Origin: Tubiluchus corallicola
Lineage: Eukaryota; Animalia; Priapulida
Length of the DNA: 64,000 nucleotides
Direction: 5' to 3'
Assembly (NCBI GenBank): GCA_030141605.1
Contig: JAQGDQ010000337.1
Coordinates: forward strand, 193,693 to 257,692
Shown: positions 12,276-25,903 of the stretch, one piece after another
How the letters are laid out: each line of letters begins with the position of its first letter
Numbering within the stretch: the first letter of the stretch is position 1
The notes under the pieces: model-generated
Databases searched by the model: none
What the model was told of the DNA's origin: nothing
What the model saw: the letters and a program-made list of their open reading frames with translations, nothing else
Made by a program: the position numbers and the translations under genes

Positions 12276-13003
12276 CGTTCCGCGTTTCTAGATCTATAGC
12301 GTGTAGATTTTTAATAATAGGAAACTGCCTACTTAATGGTCAAGTTGACTGCGTAATGGTCACTTGTCACTAACAAGAGTTATCTGAGATGTAAAAGACC
12401 CTTTTATTTTAAGATTTTGCTGCTAAATTTGAGTACAGTGGGGCTTAAATTTGCGTACTTTCTGAGATTACTGGTTCTAACTCTTGGTGGTCTTAAATAT
12501 TGCATTGGGATGTTATAACTTAGTATATTAATTTAACTTCACTTTTATGTTACTGGACAGGAAACTTGCTTCATTAACAACCTTGATATTAGCACTGTAA
12601 ATAATGTTCTACGCATCGTTAAAAAAGCTAATTACAGAATGTGTAACATTATAGAACACTCTGCCTATGTTAAATTGTATAATGTTTGTACCGAAATTTT
12701 TGCGTGCAAAAAGACGCTAATAAAGACTTATCATTACCATCAACATCATCTTGAAATGAGGCAGCGAACAAGCTCTAGGTTTTGTGTACTAGGCTCCAAG
12801 CCAAAGCTAGATGTAAAAACATCGTTCTTTGTCAATCGTCGAGATAAATTAATTCTAATGTTGTTTTTACATAATTTTGTACGTTTTACCCAAACTAAAC
12901 GATTACATTAGTTAGCATCATATCCTGTCTCAATACCAACCCATTCCATTCTATTCTACTTTGTCTAGGGAGAGGCAGAGTATAAGATGAAACTGCCTAA
13001 AAA

Positions 13004-13067
13004 ATTTCCGGTGGTCAGCCATTCAGTTGTAAAACAGGTCTAGCATTGCGTACTTCGGATGATAAGA
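13004..13067 (-). pseudogene. Degenerate 5S rRNA-derived sequence (pseudogene or SINE3-like head)
   Basis: tttccggtggtcagccattcagttgtaaaacaggtctagcattgcgtacttcggatgataaga aligns by eye with the reverse complement of the 5S internal control region. Confidence 0.5.
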
Positions 13068-13740
13068 ACACACCCTGACCACTGGTAAGAATCACATGCA
13101 TACACACTATGCAGCACAGTTTTCTCACTTGCTACTATTTCACCATGAATACGCACACCATTCAGAGCTTGCTGAATGCATGGCATCTGCAAGTAGGTGG
13201 AATTAAACAAAACCGCGACAGGAAGTTGGGCAGGAAATGCACCAGGATGTCGTCTCGATGCCTAAGTAAGACCACAGCATTAAATCAGATATGCAGTGAA
13301 ATCAGCTGCAGATACTGAAGAACAAATCACATTTTTCTCGCACAACTTGTAATATACATTATACCGCAAAATATATATACTTATACAGATATAAACAAAA
13401 TTATTGCTTGTAAAATGAAACTCATTTCTTCGTATTTGCCGCAAAATAGCTGCAGTAAATAACGAATTCATGTTCTTCAGTTGAACATATAGTCAGATCT
13501 TTTCTCCATTATTCATAGTCATTATCTGTAGCTTATTACAGGCTTGCAGCCAGGTTAGCATCCAGCAAACAACTTGCTAGGAGATTGTGTTAAATTTTCT
13601 TTACGTAAACGTTTATGGGAACATTTATTTCATATATTAGTATTGGTTTATGTTTAAATGCATGTGGAACTGTGTACTTAATCATTGTAAAATTTAATGA
13701 TTTGCTAATTGTTACTTAGTCGTGATTTTTTTTCTTATTA

Positions 13741-13909
13741 GCTAACTGCAAGCTCATATTAGCTTACTACAAGCTCATATTAGCTTACTACAAGCTCATA
13801 TTATCTTACTACAAGCTCATATTAGCTTACTGCAAGCTCATATTAGCTTACTACAAGCTCATATTAGCTTACTGCAAGCTCATATTAGCTTACTACAAGC
13901 TCATGTTAG
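13741..13909. repeat. 21-bp minisatellite, about 8 copies
   Basis: Unit ACTACAAGCTCATATTAGCTT. Confidence 0.95.
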
Positions 13910-16900
13910 ACAGGTAATTTGCTAATCTCATGCCTTGCCGTTTAATCAAATTTATTGTTTTTATTCCACATGACTATCGCAGTTTTACTTATTCAATTTT
14001 TCCACACTCTACTCAAATTACGTAATTAAAATGTTCACTGTTAGCGGCATTATTATTTCTTAGCGTCCTATGAGAAAGGTGGCTGATTCGATAACCGTTT
14101 GGTTTCCCCCCATCCTTTCTACATTCTATTTGAATTCTGTTTGTTTTGATTCACATTGTGTTGTACAGCCCAAGAAGATGAAAAACTATCTATCTATCCA
14201 TCTATCTAAAGTCCACGTCCCCAACGTAATTTCTCAATCTAAGGACCTGCATAAATATTTTGATGTATAACAAAAAAAATGAATTCCTGACAATAATGGA
14301 TATATGCACTTGTTAAAAACATTTAAAATATTGAAGACTATGTAACTGAGTCTGGAATAACCTTCAATGATGAAAAAGATTTGACCGCTTAGAAAGGCAG
14401 TCGCCAAAACGACGTTTAAACATAAAACGCAGCCGGCATGTTGGCGATATATATGTACGCGAGCAGCAACTGATTGTAGTGTGCTAGCTAGTCGAGAAAC
14501 ACTTGCGAGATGTCCATAATACAAAGTAAGACAGTAAGGACGTCCATAGTTTGCAACATAAAATTGTTAGCTTACTTAACGTACATGATGATTTTACAAG
14601 TTCTCATGGAAATTATTAAAAATGAGAAGGTGAGGAAAGGAAAAGATAAGAGAAGAGAGGAGATTATGTTGAGTTTGTTGAAACAAGTGCCCAAGTCATA
14701 TTTTGCCGAAATTTACACCACCTGTACATAAACATGAACTAACTTCGTTACATTTCTATGCATCAAAAATGAAAAAGTACTCTCATAAAACATAGGCATG
14801 ACATAGCGTTATAAGCAAAAAGTGCCCAAGTTCCACTGGTCAAATTTCAGAGGAGCGCCAAGTTTTACACTTTGCACAACCTCATAACATTATGATTAAA
14901 GTTGCGGAAAATGCAGAGAATTAACAGTTACTCTTCTTACGTCATTCTTTAAAATGAGCATATATGAGGATTTTGGCTTTCTAGTCAGCCAAGTTGCCTA
15001 TATCCATAAAACATTATTTTTAAAAATAAACAAATAAATAAATGAAAGAAACAAACAAACAAACAACATGATACTGTTTCAAACTGTCTAATACTCATGT
15101 ACGATAGGCATTGTTTGTTTATCTTTAGCCTCTCAGAAGACACGAGTTCGATACTTGTTACATCAGGCTGTTTAAACACTGACTAGAAGGTTTTCCAGAT
15201 TATTGCAAAATACATGCATTTCAGTTTTTATTGCTTTAGTTAATAGTCCCAAGTCTCTACCGTGTCGTGTCGCCTCGATCACACTGTGCATTTCGTGCTG
15301 TAGAGGTGAAAAATAAATGCTAATTGATCTGTAACATTGAAATTGTTGTCTCCCAATGCTGTTGTCAGACAATCATGACAAACCGTGGAGGCGTCAAACG
15401 TGTAAAATGCAGTTGTTGTTATATCTGCATTAATTTTTAATTTACTCGAGTAATACAGTGTGTCACATTTAAGTAATGAGCTGTGACGATATTAACGGTA
15501 ACAACGCTATCAAATATTACCGTATTGCGAATTCACTAAGCAACGTGCAGTACAACAACTACACATAATAATAAGGGAAAACGATTGAAAGTGTTAATGC
15601 AATAATAGTACAGAAGTAAACGTACAGGCCAGAATCTGTATTGGCCTAGAGCAAATGCAACTAGGTAAAAGGAAGAACCTGGTTTATAACGCTTCTGTAA
15701 TATAAAATTCTGTTTCTGTAAGATATTATAAACATTCTTTTCATTTATAAGGGAAGACACACAAATATTCACTAAGCGTATAAAAAATACGTTGAAGAAA
15801 CCAGGTTATTCGATCTTAGCAAAAAAGAAGAGGAAAACAGGAGCAAGAGAAGACGGGGAAAAGCGAAAATGAATGAAGGGAAAGGAAAAAAGAAGGGGAG
15901 AAATTAGGTGATTTTTCTGAACAGCTATTTAAAGTTAAAGACAAAACATACACCTTAGCTGCTGGATGAAAAATGCGAATTCACACCGTGCATCAGCTTC
16001 TTAATCTTACATATTTCCTATCAATAATAACTCCATATTAACTTTATTATATCATGCTCAAACTAATTCCCCATTAAGCTAACAGACCAAGTTAAAATCA
16101 CACACAACATCCAGAGTTTTTGAAACGTTATTAATGTTCTAGACGTGTTAACTAGAGTCACTGCGCAGATTTTCGCACTGTGTTAAAACTTAGAAGCTAT
16201 CGAAAACGCATAACACATTGTGCAATATTTTTGTACTGTTTTTGCAATATTTTTGTAATGTTCTTTATTTTATTTTGTGAACTACTTCGGAAATAACTAA
16301 TAGTTTTGTAATTGTTGTTATCCACGTTAATAAAAATAAAAAGCCAAGGCTCTCGGGAAGTTGAGTTTACTTTAATATTTGAGAAAAACGGCTTCACATT
16401 TAACCACTGAATCCATCCAACAGCTGTAATTAAAGTGGAACAACTCTACCCTCTGTACTGATCTCACTATTCTCCAATCCTGGGATCATTTTTTACCTGA
16501 TTAACTCAAGAATGTACCATGCGAAAGTTTATGTTGCAATAAGTTATCGTACGAGCACATTTACCAGAGCTAATCGTATCAATCATTCAAACAGTTACGC
16601 ACCTCGCATGCACTATCATCTCGTAAATTAGACCGTAATTATCATAATGATGATTATATCTGTCATCTGATGCAGCCATTTTATACGCGTCATTTCAGCC
16701 AATGATAAAGCGCAGGTCGCTATGACCCATTGAATTGATTTGTATGTGTAATGTTGCCAGTTTGTTTAATCAAACTACCTTTTAACATCTTCTTTGTGGT
16801 GAAAGGCGTGTCACATTCAGGCATTTTAGTTGTATGTCTGTCACTGTATTTACCTGGACGGGGAGCATAGCTAGTGATCAATGTTCGACGAAAGTCAGGC

Positions 16901-17745
16901 AACGTCAAAGTTAATCAGTGGATGGATGATTTACTGCCTGGTTCAACATCTGCTCTGGGGGCTGCATTCGCCATAATAATTCTAGCTGTTTACTTCATAA
17001 GGAATAAAATATGTTCATCTGAAAGTGGGTAAGACACCTCTGTCTGTATAAAGTCTCGTCGCAGATTCGCAGATGATTATCCTTGATAATGAAGGAGGTT
17101 CCAATGCAGCCACAACCGGTATGTCCAGCCATTAAATAGTGGATTCGAATTGTACAAAAAATGTACTGAAAGTACGTTTAAATTTTAGTGTACAATGTAT
17201 ACACGTATTTCTTTACAGGAATTGCGTTTTCAGGTTTTGCGTTTTATTAAAGCTGTAACTAGTGTGAAATTGCTCTTTGGCTGTCTTGTAATTTTGCGCT
17301 AACTGTCGTCTGTAAGGTCAATAAAATTACATTTGAAATACAGTGTCTGTAACATTACGTCACGAGCATGCGTAGACGACAATACTTGATGATGTGGCTT
17401 CAACGCTGCCGCAAACAATTGCTTACAATGCCTAGCATGGCAGGTAAAGCCTATCACACCTGTGTTTGTACGCAATACACACGCGGATCAATCAAACGTA
17501 ATTTATTGTACACAGTCAGTAATTATTAATACTGCGTGAGCAGTTTGACTAATCAACTAATATTACTATGCATGCATGATACAAAAATCTTCAAAAAATA
17601 TTTCACCAAGAATAAAAAGCAGGTGAATTTCTAGAGTCAAAAACTTAAAAAGCCATTTTTGTAACGCACAGCGCCTAAAATTACAGCCAGGGAGTGATCC
17701 CGTTCCTGATTACTGAACTCACTAATTGATGGGCATAACTATCAA

Positions 17746-17920
17746 TTTACTGGAATAAACACGTACATAACCTATCTACCCGATACGCTTTGTTAGAAAT
17801 ATCAATAAATCTGTGCATTATATAAAGGATTGAATTTACTCGAATTAAGACGTATATAACCTATCTACCCAATAAGCTTTGTTAGTAATATCAATAAATC
17901 TGTGCATTATGTAAAGGATT
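17746..17920. repeat. Diverged tandem duplication of about 90 bp
   Basis: ...ATAACCTATCTACCC...AATATCAATAAATCTGTGCATTAT...AAAGGATT occurs twice. Confidence 0.85.
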
Positions 17921-18167
17921 AATTAATTAAACTGCATCTACGAAGACCAGAGTTAGCAAAGCAAGAACCGCAGACTCGAGCTGCTTGAGACTTGGAGTCG
18001 ATCGAGACTGCCATCAAAAGACCAAAATCTGCAAACTGTACAAAATTCTACCAGAAAGAAAATCGACAACTTAACGCAATGCCAAAGTAAAACAACTAAT
18101 GATTGGAAAACACAAATTTCTAAGAGCTTGTATGGTTACTTTCAATCACTGTTTTAAAGTGACGTAC

Positions 18168-18271
18168 CTTCAGCTTTCGTGAAGTCTGCAATCGTATAAA
18201 ATTCTGAAGACTTATCTAGTTCTTAACCTGTCTAGTTCTTGACCTGAAGATTTATCTAGACCTGCCTAGTT
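18168..18271 (-). other. Candidate non-coding 5' UTR exon of muscleblind
   Basis: Minus-strand acceptor AAAATTTTCTATCAG| and donor AAG|GTACGT bracket 104 nt. Splice signals only. Confidence 0.3.
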
Positions 18272-19042
18272 CTGATAGAAAATTTTAACAAATTCGTTGT
18301 AGTAATGAGCTCGCCGGGAGAAAATTTAAAATAAAATAGCAGAAAATTAAAGTGTTGTCAAAATTTAGTTCTGTGATTATCACTTCAGCAATCCTACACA
18401 TAGTCAATCTGGCGCTGATCCTGTTTTATTTTTTCCAGAATTTTAAAGCTCAAGGGAAAGGGTTTAAAACATTCCTAGGAAACTCAGTGTGACAATTGTT
18501 AGCCGCCCCCTCTACAATTCTAAACGTTCACAATACCTATAATCAAGTTTCGTATAATAAAAAAGCCGTTGTCATGATATTCCTACAGGCTGGAAGAAAG
18601 TCTAGGACAAACTGACACTATAAAGCTAGTGACGCGGAAATAGAAAGAGAGCTGCATTATCCAGCTTTACGTAATGGCGTCGCATTCTTGCAGGGCACAT
18701 TCTTTCTACTGAAGGTCTCAAGTTGATTAAACAGCGTGATAAAGTTAAAATACCGTCAGTTTAAGAAAAACAAACAACTTTTTGTAAATAAAATTACTAG
18801 AAAAGAGAAAACGCGAAAGCTGTAAATCAGCTTGGACTTGAACCAGGTACCTCACGCTGCGTGTTACGAGACCCACTTCACTTGACAACCGACTTGCCCC
18901 GACTGCATCTGACAACATCCCACTTTGTTGTCCAACAAAATCAGATGAAAATCGTGTAAATCGGGCCTAAAACAGAGCAGCCAATTGCTTTACAGTGAAT
19001 ATATATGTGTTAGCGTGTATAGCCATTGGCTAAATTAACTTT

Positions 19043-19410
19043 TCAGGGTTCCCACAGAATTTTAAAATAAATTTCCCCGACTTTTCCCAAACCAAATATT
19101 GAATTTCAATGACAAAGATAAGCAGAAATTGAATTACCAATTGAATACATTTTTGTGTATGGACATTCATTATTATTGGAACAGAAATCGAAACTGGGAG
19201 CCTGCGCCATAGCAACATTTTATTTAACCACGAATCGTTCAAAAATTTGTCTGGAAAAATTTCGGTCCGCGACGATTTTTTTTGCAACCCTTTCCAATGT
19301 CGCCGACTTTTCGCCCCATTTTCATCATTTCCCCCGACGTTTTACCAAATTATCTTTTCCCTGACCTTTCCATGACTTTCCAGAATTTTCCCTGATCGTG
19401 GGAAATTAAG
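19043..19410. mobile_element. hAT-like MITE
   Basis: Starts CAGGGTTCCCAC, has subterminal TTTCCC(C/T)GAC repeats, ends in a degenerate GTGGGAA. Confidence 0.6.
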
Positions 19411-22400
19411 GCTTATAGTACAAGACAGGAATTACCTCTAGAATTAAAAACTAGTACATTTCTGATGCACGCCTGAATATTAATAGCTAAAAATCAATAA
19501 GAAAGCACACAGTCCAGGTATTGATGCCACTGCCACGGGCAAACGCTAAGGCCAAAGGATGCAACTTCTTAACTTACACACTGACATTAATAAAAATTGA
19601 CTAATTAAATCATGACCAGATGTGTATGTGAAATTACCGTCCTCTAATGTGAAAGGTTACACGTACTGTTGGCATTAACAGGGCAAAGACGTTTAAGACG
19701 TAATTGTTTAATAATTAAAAAACACCCCAAAACATACAAACACTAAATTTCACAATTTACTCTGATTCTAGAATCTAGAACGACCTATTGCATTAAACAT
19801 CGGCTCTTAAACCAGAGTTTGAACATGGATTCTGTATACAATTAGTTTGAATAAACTCTTGCGTCTCTTGCCCTTGGAAAATAACACTCTAGTTAGCAAA
19901 TAGTGCTTTGTATGCACAAGCGCACATTAACTGTAGTCGCCATATATTACTAGTCGCTGTGAAGTCAAAGTAGGACTTTGGACTGTAGACCATAGGCACC
20001 GCCAAAGAGCTCAGTACATAATAAATAAACTGTACATATAATTCGTAGCTAGTCGAGTACTTAATTACTAAGCAGTACCTTTGTTGTATATTTAATAAGC
20101 AAAGCTAGCAAGGAGATAAAAACAAAAAGGTGGTTACAAACAAGTTAAGCACTAATTATCTTCATTAAAGCAAATTTTATTCTTGCAACATCAAAGTTGT
20201 TGGAGGAATAAAAAATTACACATACAATATGTAACTGACTTAGCCATTGCTATGGCTTATTTGCAACCTTCTCTGTTGACCTGTAGGATAAATTGCTCGT
20301 GGAGTAAAAAATTATATTTATTTGAGGGATGCCAGGACATTACCCCGTATTAAGGCTGGTAGCTACATGTAAAACAAATTCAACTATTAGTCAAGGGACT
20401 CGCTAAGCTCAGGATAGCTGATTACAAATGATTTCGATACCATCATCTTGAATTAAAAATGGCACAGAAAAGACTAGAAATCCTACATGGTCATTCGATG
20501 CTGAATTCGTTCCAGTACAGTTCTGCGCAGTTTCATTGCAAATTAGCAGAGAGTTATGGTTTTTTCGAAAATGATGTTTTCGCCGCCATCTTGATCCCAA
20601 AATGGTAGGTCGAAAATCCGATTTCATCAGTCACTGCAGAATTCGTCCTAGTACATTCATGTGGAGTTTCAGGGTGATCCACTGCGAATTCAAATCCTTG
20701 GGCTTTTTTCAAGAAACTCCACAGCAAGATCAAAAAACGAACAACATCTGGATGGGTAGCGATTTGCGTCGAGCTTCGACTATTTATCCTTCGTTTCAGT
20801 TGGGTAAAAAATGTGTAAGAAAAAATAATAAAAATACTACAGTAACATTTGAAGTGATAAAGCTTGTAATAGTCACGCTAAATTGCTATACTGAAGATTA
20901 AATTTGCTTACAATAGATTGAATAAAGTAATCAGGTTATAAATGTAAATATAAGTGAGTATTTCACTGTCTCCTGCAGTCCTAATCAAATATTTGATATA
21001 AAATATTTACCTATTAACGCAAAAATTATCAATAATTTAATCATGGAAGGTACGTCGGTTTATTTTATCATCATATAATAAAATCAAACGGTTTCATTAT
21101 CATGTTAATTTGCATTACACTAGCGCGGTTGCTATTCTAGACAGGAAATAAAAGTGGTATTAACCCTTACGTAAACCCCCGGCCACACCCGTCTATTAAT
21201 AATACAAGAACACGGTCGATCTCTTTCACGTACTGTATTTTATAACACTTCATATAAACACAGGCTGTATTTTATAATGTATAATATTTGTTTTGTAGGC
21301 TAAAAATCCCCAACGTACACGCGAATGAGGAAATACAAGCAAGCAAGCAGAAAATTAGATAGAAAATGAGTTAATAATTAATAAGATGAATTTCACATGT
21401 AATTTTATAGTACGGTCAATGCTTTTCAGCAGTAATATAACCGAATATAACTTCCCTGGCGTACCAATGAATATAAAACATATTATAAACCTTTCGAACT
21501 TTTCTTATAAAAGTTACAAGTTCGCTGCCATATAAAATATACAAGACAAAAACTACAAAAATATAAAGAATTTGCAAATTGGTTTGTGTTTTTATATTTT
21601 TTGTAAATAATAACAAGCCAAACTTTCATATTTAAAAGTAAGTTCAATTTCCAAGTACTTTCAAGTATCCTTTACTTGCATATAATCTGATTATACATAG
21701 AGCACAATAGGCCAAAATATCATCTGATATATTACACTTGAAAATAAGATACTAGCCATCTGAGACTTGCTATGGTCCTAGTCATAAAGAGGGTCAAACT
21801 ACGCATTGAATCTCAATTTTTTTTGTTTGCCTTTTACAGACTTTATCAGCTGAATCAAATTGTATGGCCCTGGGTCTTTCAAAATGGGCACTTTGACTTC
21901 TTTGTGATCTGTTATATCACAAATCTACACAAAACGATAACTCTAAATATGTTAATACAATCAGTATCCAGTATTACAAAGCAATGATGGTTTAAACTGA
22001 GAGGCTTCAGACTAGCACTTAACTAGACTTGCTACATTATAAGTACAAATTCAACAAATTCTCAAGTTCAAATCTCTGTGATTGAAAGGAATTCAGATAC
22101 ATAACCATCATACCTCAAACCAGCATTCGTTTGATTCCATTTTTCAATATTTTAATCATAATAATTTTTGAATAATTTGAAACTTTATGAAAGTGGTTAC
22201 CTTTCCAGTTTGGTTGCCCAACTCATTACATTTTAGGTGACCTTTGACCTTGAACCACGTTCTTAATGTCAGCAACAACCCCACTAAAACATAGTGCCCG
22301 TCTGGCACTATAAGTCACCCAAATTTGCTTGGCTAGTTTTAAAGATTTTGAGTTGCAAGTCTTTGCAGGCTTGTTGACTGACTGACTGACTGACAGCTAA

Positions 22401-22977
22401 CTAACAAAAAGGACATCAAAAATTCACGAATGTATAAGTTATAAGAAAAGCGATAAATTTTCAGTAAATCTGAATTTAATTCCACAGTCTACTAAGAATT
22501 CTGCTTACATTTAAAAATATTTGGACTACGCAACTCAGAAAATTTACATTATACGACCTTCAGATTACATACATGCACATTCATAGGAAAACAGGAATGG
22601 AATAACTTGACTTCTATCAAATAAGTCGCTGCGTTCTTGGGCGATGAAATGACTGCGTGATTTATTCTACTGAACGAAAATGTATTAAACTTCTTTTAGT
22701 AAACATCGAAATTCTTTGCAATTACTTTTGAACATCTTATGGTTGCATGCAGCTGTTAATAAAAAAAGCACAGCATCAATATTAAATCACAACCTTCCTG
22801 CTTCTGATAAAATTAGAGACTTTAAATCAACATTAACAAAGTTGCCAACATTTCCATTAAAGTTGACAAAGTTTGCTAACGAGCTGTGCTATCCTGACCC
22901 TTCTCGCATCCCATGTTTATCAAAATGGAAAAAACTGCGTTTAAATTTAAAAAAGTAAAAGAACGATCGCACTTTAC

Positions 22978-23200
22978 CTTCTAAAAGCTTCACGTGAGCA
23001 AACACAGCAGGTACAGCATACTAAAAACACCAGCAAGAGAGAAAGAGAAAAGCTCACACAACAAGCGCAAGCGGATGAGCTGCAGTTGCAGGGAGCAGTC
23101 AGCTTTTCTTACTGCAGGTCTAGACGTTCTAGCAAACGTAATTTCAACCCCGCATTAAACGCCTGATCAAAATATCACGCCAAGTCTCGCCATCCTGACT
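22978..23200 (-). other. Candidate first (non-coding) exon of muscleblind; 5' end uncertain
   Basis: Donor AAG|GTAAAGT at 22978/22977, YGCY-rich on the minus strand, next to a CpG-richer promoter-like stretch (23140-23460). Confidence 0.45.
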
Positions 23201-23440
23201 GCGCAAACTCTATAAAACGCTATACGATCGCACGCAGTCGGATTATAAAAAAAACATTATAATCACCTAGAAAGCTTACAAAGCGCTTAGAAACTTTCAG
23301 AAATCATTCAAACGCAATCGCCTGGCGCAGATTAGAACTTTTAATGTAAATGGTTATAAGAGATTGCGCAAATGTGCATAATCCTGATCTGAAAATTACA
23401 ATTAAATCAGTTATAATCCGCAGCCGATGATGTGAAGAGT

Positions 23441-23457
23441 GCTGCCATCTAGCGCCG
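23441..23457 (-). promoter_or_regulatory. CTCF-like motif
   Basis: GCTGCCATCTAGCGCCG, reverse complement CGGCGCTAGATGGCAGC, matches the CTCF core. Confidence 0.5.
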
Positions 23458-24029
23458 TTAATCAGTCAATGGTGGAATGAACATAACAATAATTAACGCA
23501 AAACCGGACCCAATCTTAAACTGTAGGTCAAATCAATCTACTCTTAAATATATTGACAGGAAATATACTATTGTTTCAAAATGACTTACGTTAAAGAATT
23601 ATTACCACACAAACACAATTTCGCATTCACGCCACTAGTTCTTTGCTGTTACATGCATTTCACCATTTCCTGGTTAAATGGGCACTAGCGCCGACATTTC
23701 GGAAATGTATTGCACAAAAAACAGGTGTTGTACCTCTCAGTTCAGATGTGTTAGTTTGCGACAAACTACACACGTTCGTAAATTTGAAATTATTTTTGCT
23801 ATTACAAATTGTGTTAGTTTGTGATGTCATCAATAGTTAGGTTATTGACCAAGTTTTCGGTCTCTTATTTGCTTATCAGAAAAGCTTTTGCAGTATTATC
23901 TGTCTTAAAATGTATACCTTTTGTCGGACTTGAAAATGAGGTAGTATGTGAAAAATCATCCTGTCTTCCTTTACATTTTTTAAACTAAACATGCCAGATC
24001 AAACCAAGAACATAAATGTGAAAAAAAAT

Positions 24030-24190
24030 CAGGATTAAGCCTCAAAATGAACCAAGAAACTTCGAATTACAAGTCTAATGTAACAAACACTAGACCGCAC
24101 GATAAACAGTCAGATGATCTACTGGGACTAGTGGTTATAGTACTGAACCTGTAATCTAAAGAATCCCTGGTTCAAAACCAGACTCAACAC
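24030..24190. mobile_element. Two divergent degenerate tRNA-like (SINE-head) sequences
   Basis: Minus unit about 24030-24095 begins GGTCTAGTGTTT; plus unit about 24126-24185 is GGACTAGTGGTTA...CCTGGTTCAAAACCAG (A and B boxes). Confidence 0.5.
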
Positions 24191-24877
24191 AACTTTTCAA
24201 AATTTCTTTCCGTGTTGTCAAGTTTAATTATCTGGTACCATTTTTTTGCAGAAGACTAAGCAAGTTATGGAAGTTGATTTTCTACATAGGAATTACAATA
24301 CTTTTATTACACCCTTTATACATCCTTTCATTTATATGTAACTGTGTTGCAAAATTCATACGAATAAAAGCTCTGCCATATCTCACATAATTAAAATAGT
24401 GTTCATGCTTTACTGACCATACATAAATATATCATAATATGTATTGGTATTTTGCTTTCTTGCAGCAATATGTTAGCAACAATGCCAAAACAGCTGAAAA
24501 ACTAATTAATCTCTAAACCTTCTTCTCTGTGCAGCACCTGCTTTCATTTAGGTTTCGTGCTTGAGAAAGAAACGTCATTCAGTTCCACACACAGAACACA
24601 TTCTTGTGGGGTTTTTTTTGTATTGTCATTAAATGTACGTGAAAGAACTCTATTTCTTGCATTAGATTCATATTCAGATATTAATTGGCTTAACTGGTTT
24701 AGTTTATCAAAGCCATGCACACCAAAAAAAACAAGCAAAAAGAAAACATTTATTTACCATCGCTCGTTTAACAGACAACATTAGCACTAACGGCTATTTA
24801 GCGACTTAAACTTACAACGAAACACGACAGGTAAGGACGCAATGCACAAATAACATGTAGGTATACGTACTGATGTT

Positions 24878-24945
24878 GGCTGCCACCAGTTTCGAACTCC
24901 AGACTGTGTGGTTGCAGTCCGAAATCTAAACCACTCGGCCACGCA
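24878..24945 (-). mobile_element. tRNA-derived SINE head or tRNA pseudogene
   Basis: Minus strand reads GTGGCCGAGTGGTTTAG (A box) ... GAGTTCGAAAC (B box); stems degenerate. Confidence 0.6.
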
Positions 24946-25224
24946 ATCCAGGACAATCAACCAATTATTGACAGTGCAAGTAACTAAGTTGGTTACACGG
25001 TATAATACATTAACATCACAAACGTGTGAGCAAAAACTATTCTTCTGATCGCATAGAAATATATTTCATAAACATTCATTAATCCAAGTGTGCATGTGAA
25101 CTGATAAACTTGTACAACGTTGATAGTAAATATACCCAGGTAATAACTTAACATATCAGTTTTCACGTTTGACTTAGTTTCTCTTGTGAGTTTTTTGACA
25201 TCAATATGAGATATTTTGCTATTA

Positions 25225-25864
25225 CAGTGTTGCCACACTTATCACGGGTGTTCCGTTCCAAGCCCACCCGCGATAAGTGAATTTCCGCAAAGTAGGGACG
25301 CTATACTTATTTTAGTAGTTATACATTATTTTAAGTCTTTATAAACCCTCCCCACACTCTTATACATAACCATTTCCCATTCTCTTAATAACTTTTCCCA
25401 TACTGTACATGTACCTTTTGAAAAACTGGGATACAGAGCAGCATTCTCTGGTTGGTCGCTTTCCATCAATCAGCCAATGTGTTGTGTACAATCTCACATT
25501 GGCAAGTACATCTCAAGCAGGCGTAAGTGCTACATTTTGTTTTTTGTGTGTATTCATTCGCCGAATAAATACACTATTTACTGTAAATGGTAATTTTTTA
25601 TGATTTTTAATATTCTTTTAATGTTGGAATTTATATTTTTAATATATTTTTACACATTTTGTGATTTTTTATGCAAAATTCATCAAATCTAAACATTACT
25701 ATACAATATGTACTACACATCTCCAAAAATACTTTAGATGGAGTACCGCAAAAACCCGCGAAACAGCGAAAATACAGCGATAAATATTTTACATTAATAT
25801 TTTTGAAAACACGCGAAACAGCGAGTCCACGATAAACGAACCGCGAAGTAACGAGGGAACACTG
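25225..25864. mobile_element. Tc1/mariner (Tigger-like) MITE
   Basis: TA|CAGTGTT...GAACCGCGAAGTAACGAGGGAACACTG|TA with subterminal CCGCGA repeats. Confidence 0.8.
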
Positions 25865-25903
25865 TATTAGATATGCCTGTTTGGTGTGAAGGAAAACTCT
25901 CTA

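Noticed and set aside
18825-18885. Functional tRNA gene (also 24030-24190, 24878-24945, 40140-40205)
   Set aside because: Only box remnants; no complete cloverleaf could be drawn.
22235-22400. TGACCTTTGACCTTG as a nuclear-receptor response element
   Set aside because: Followed by CAAATTTG and (GACT)n, a layout typical of common invertebrate interspersed repeats; no independent support for function.
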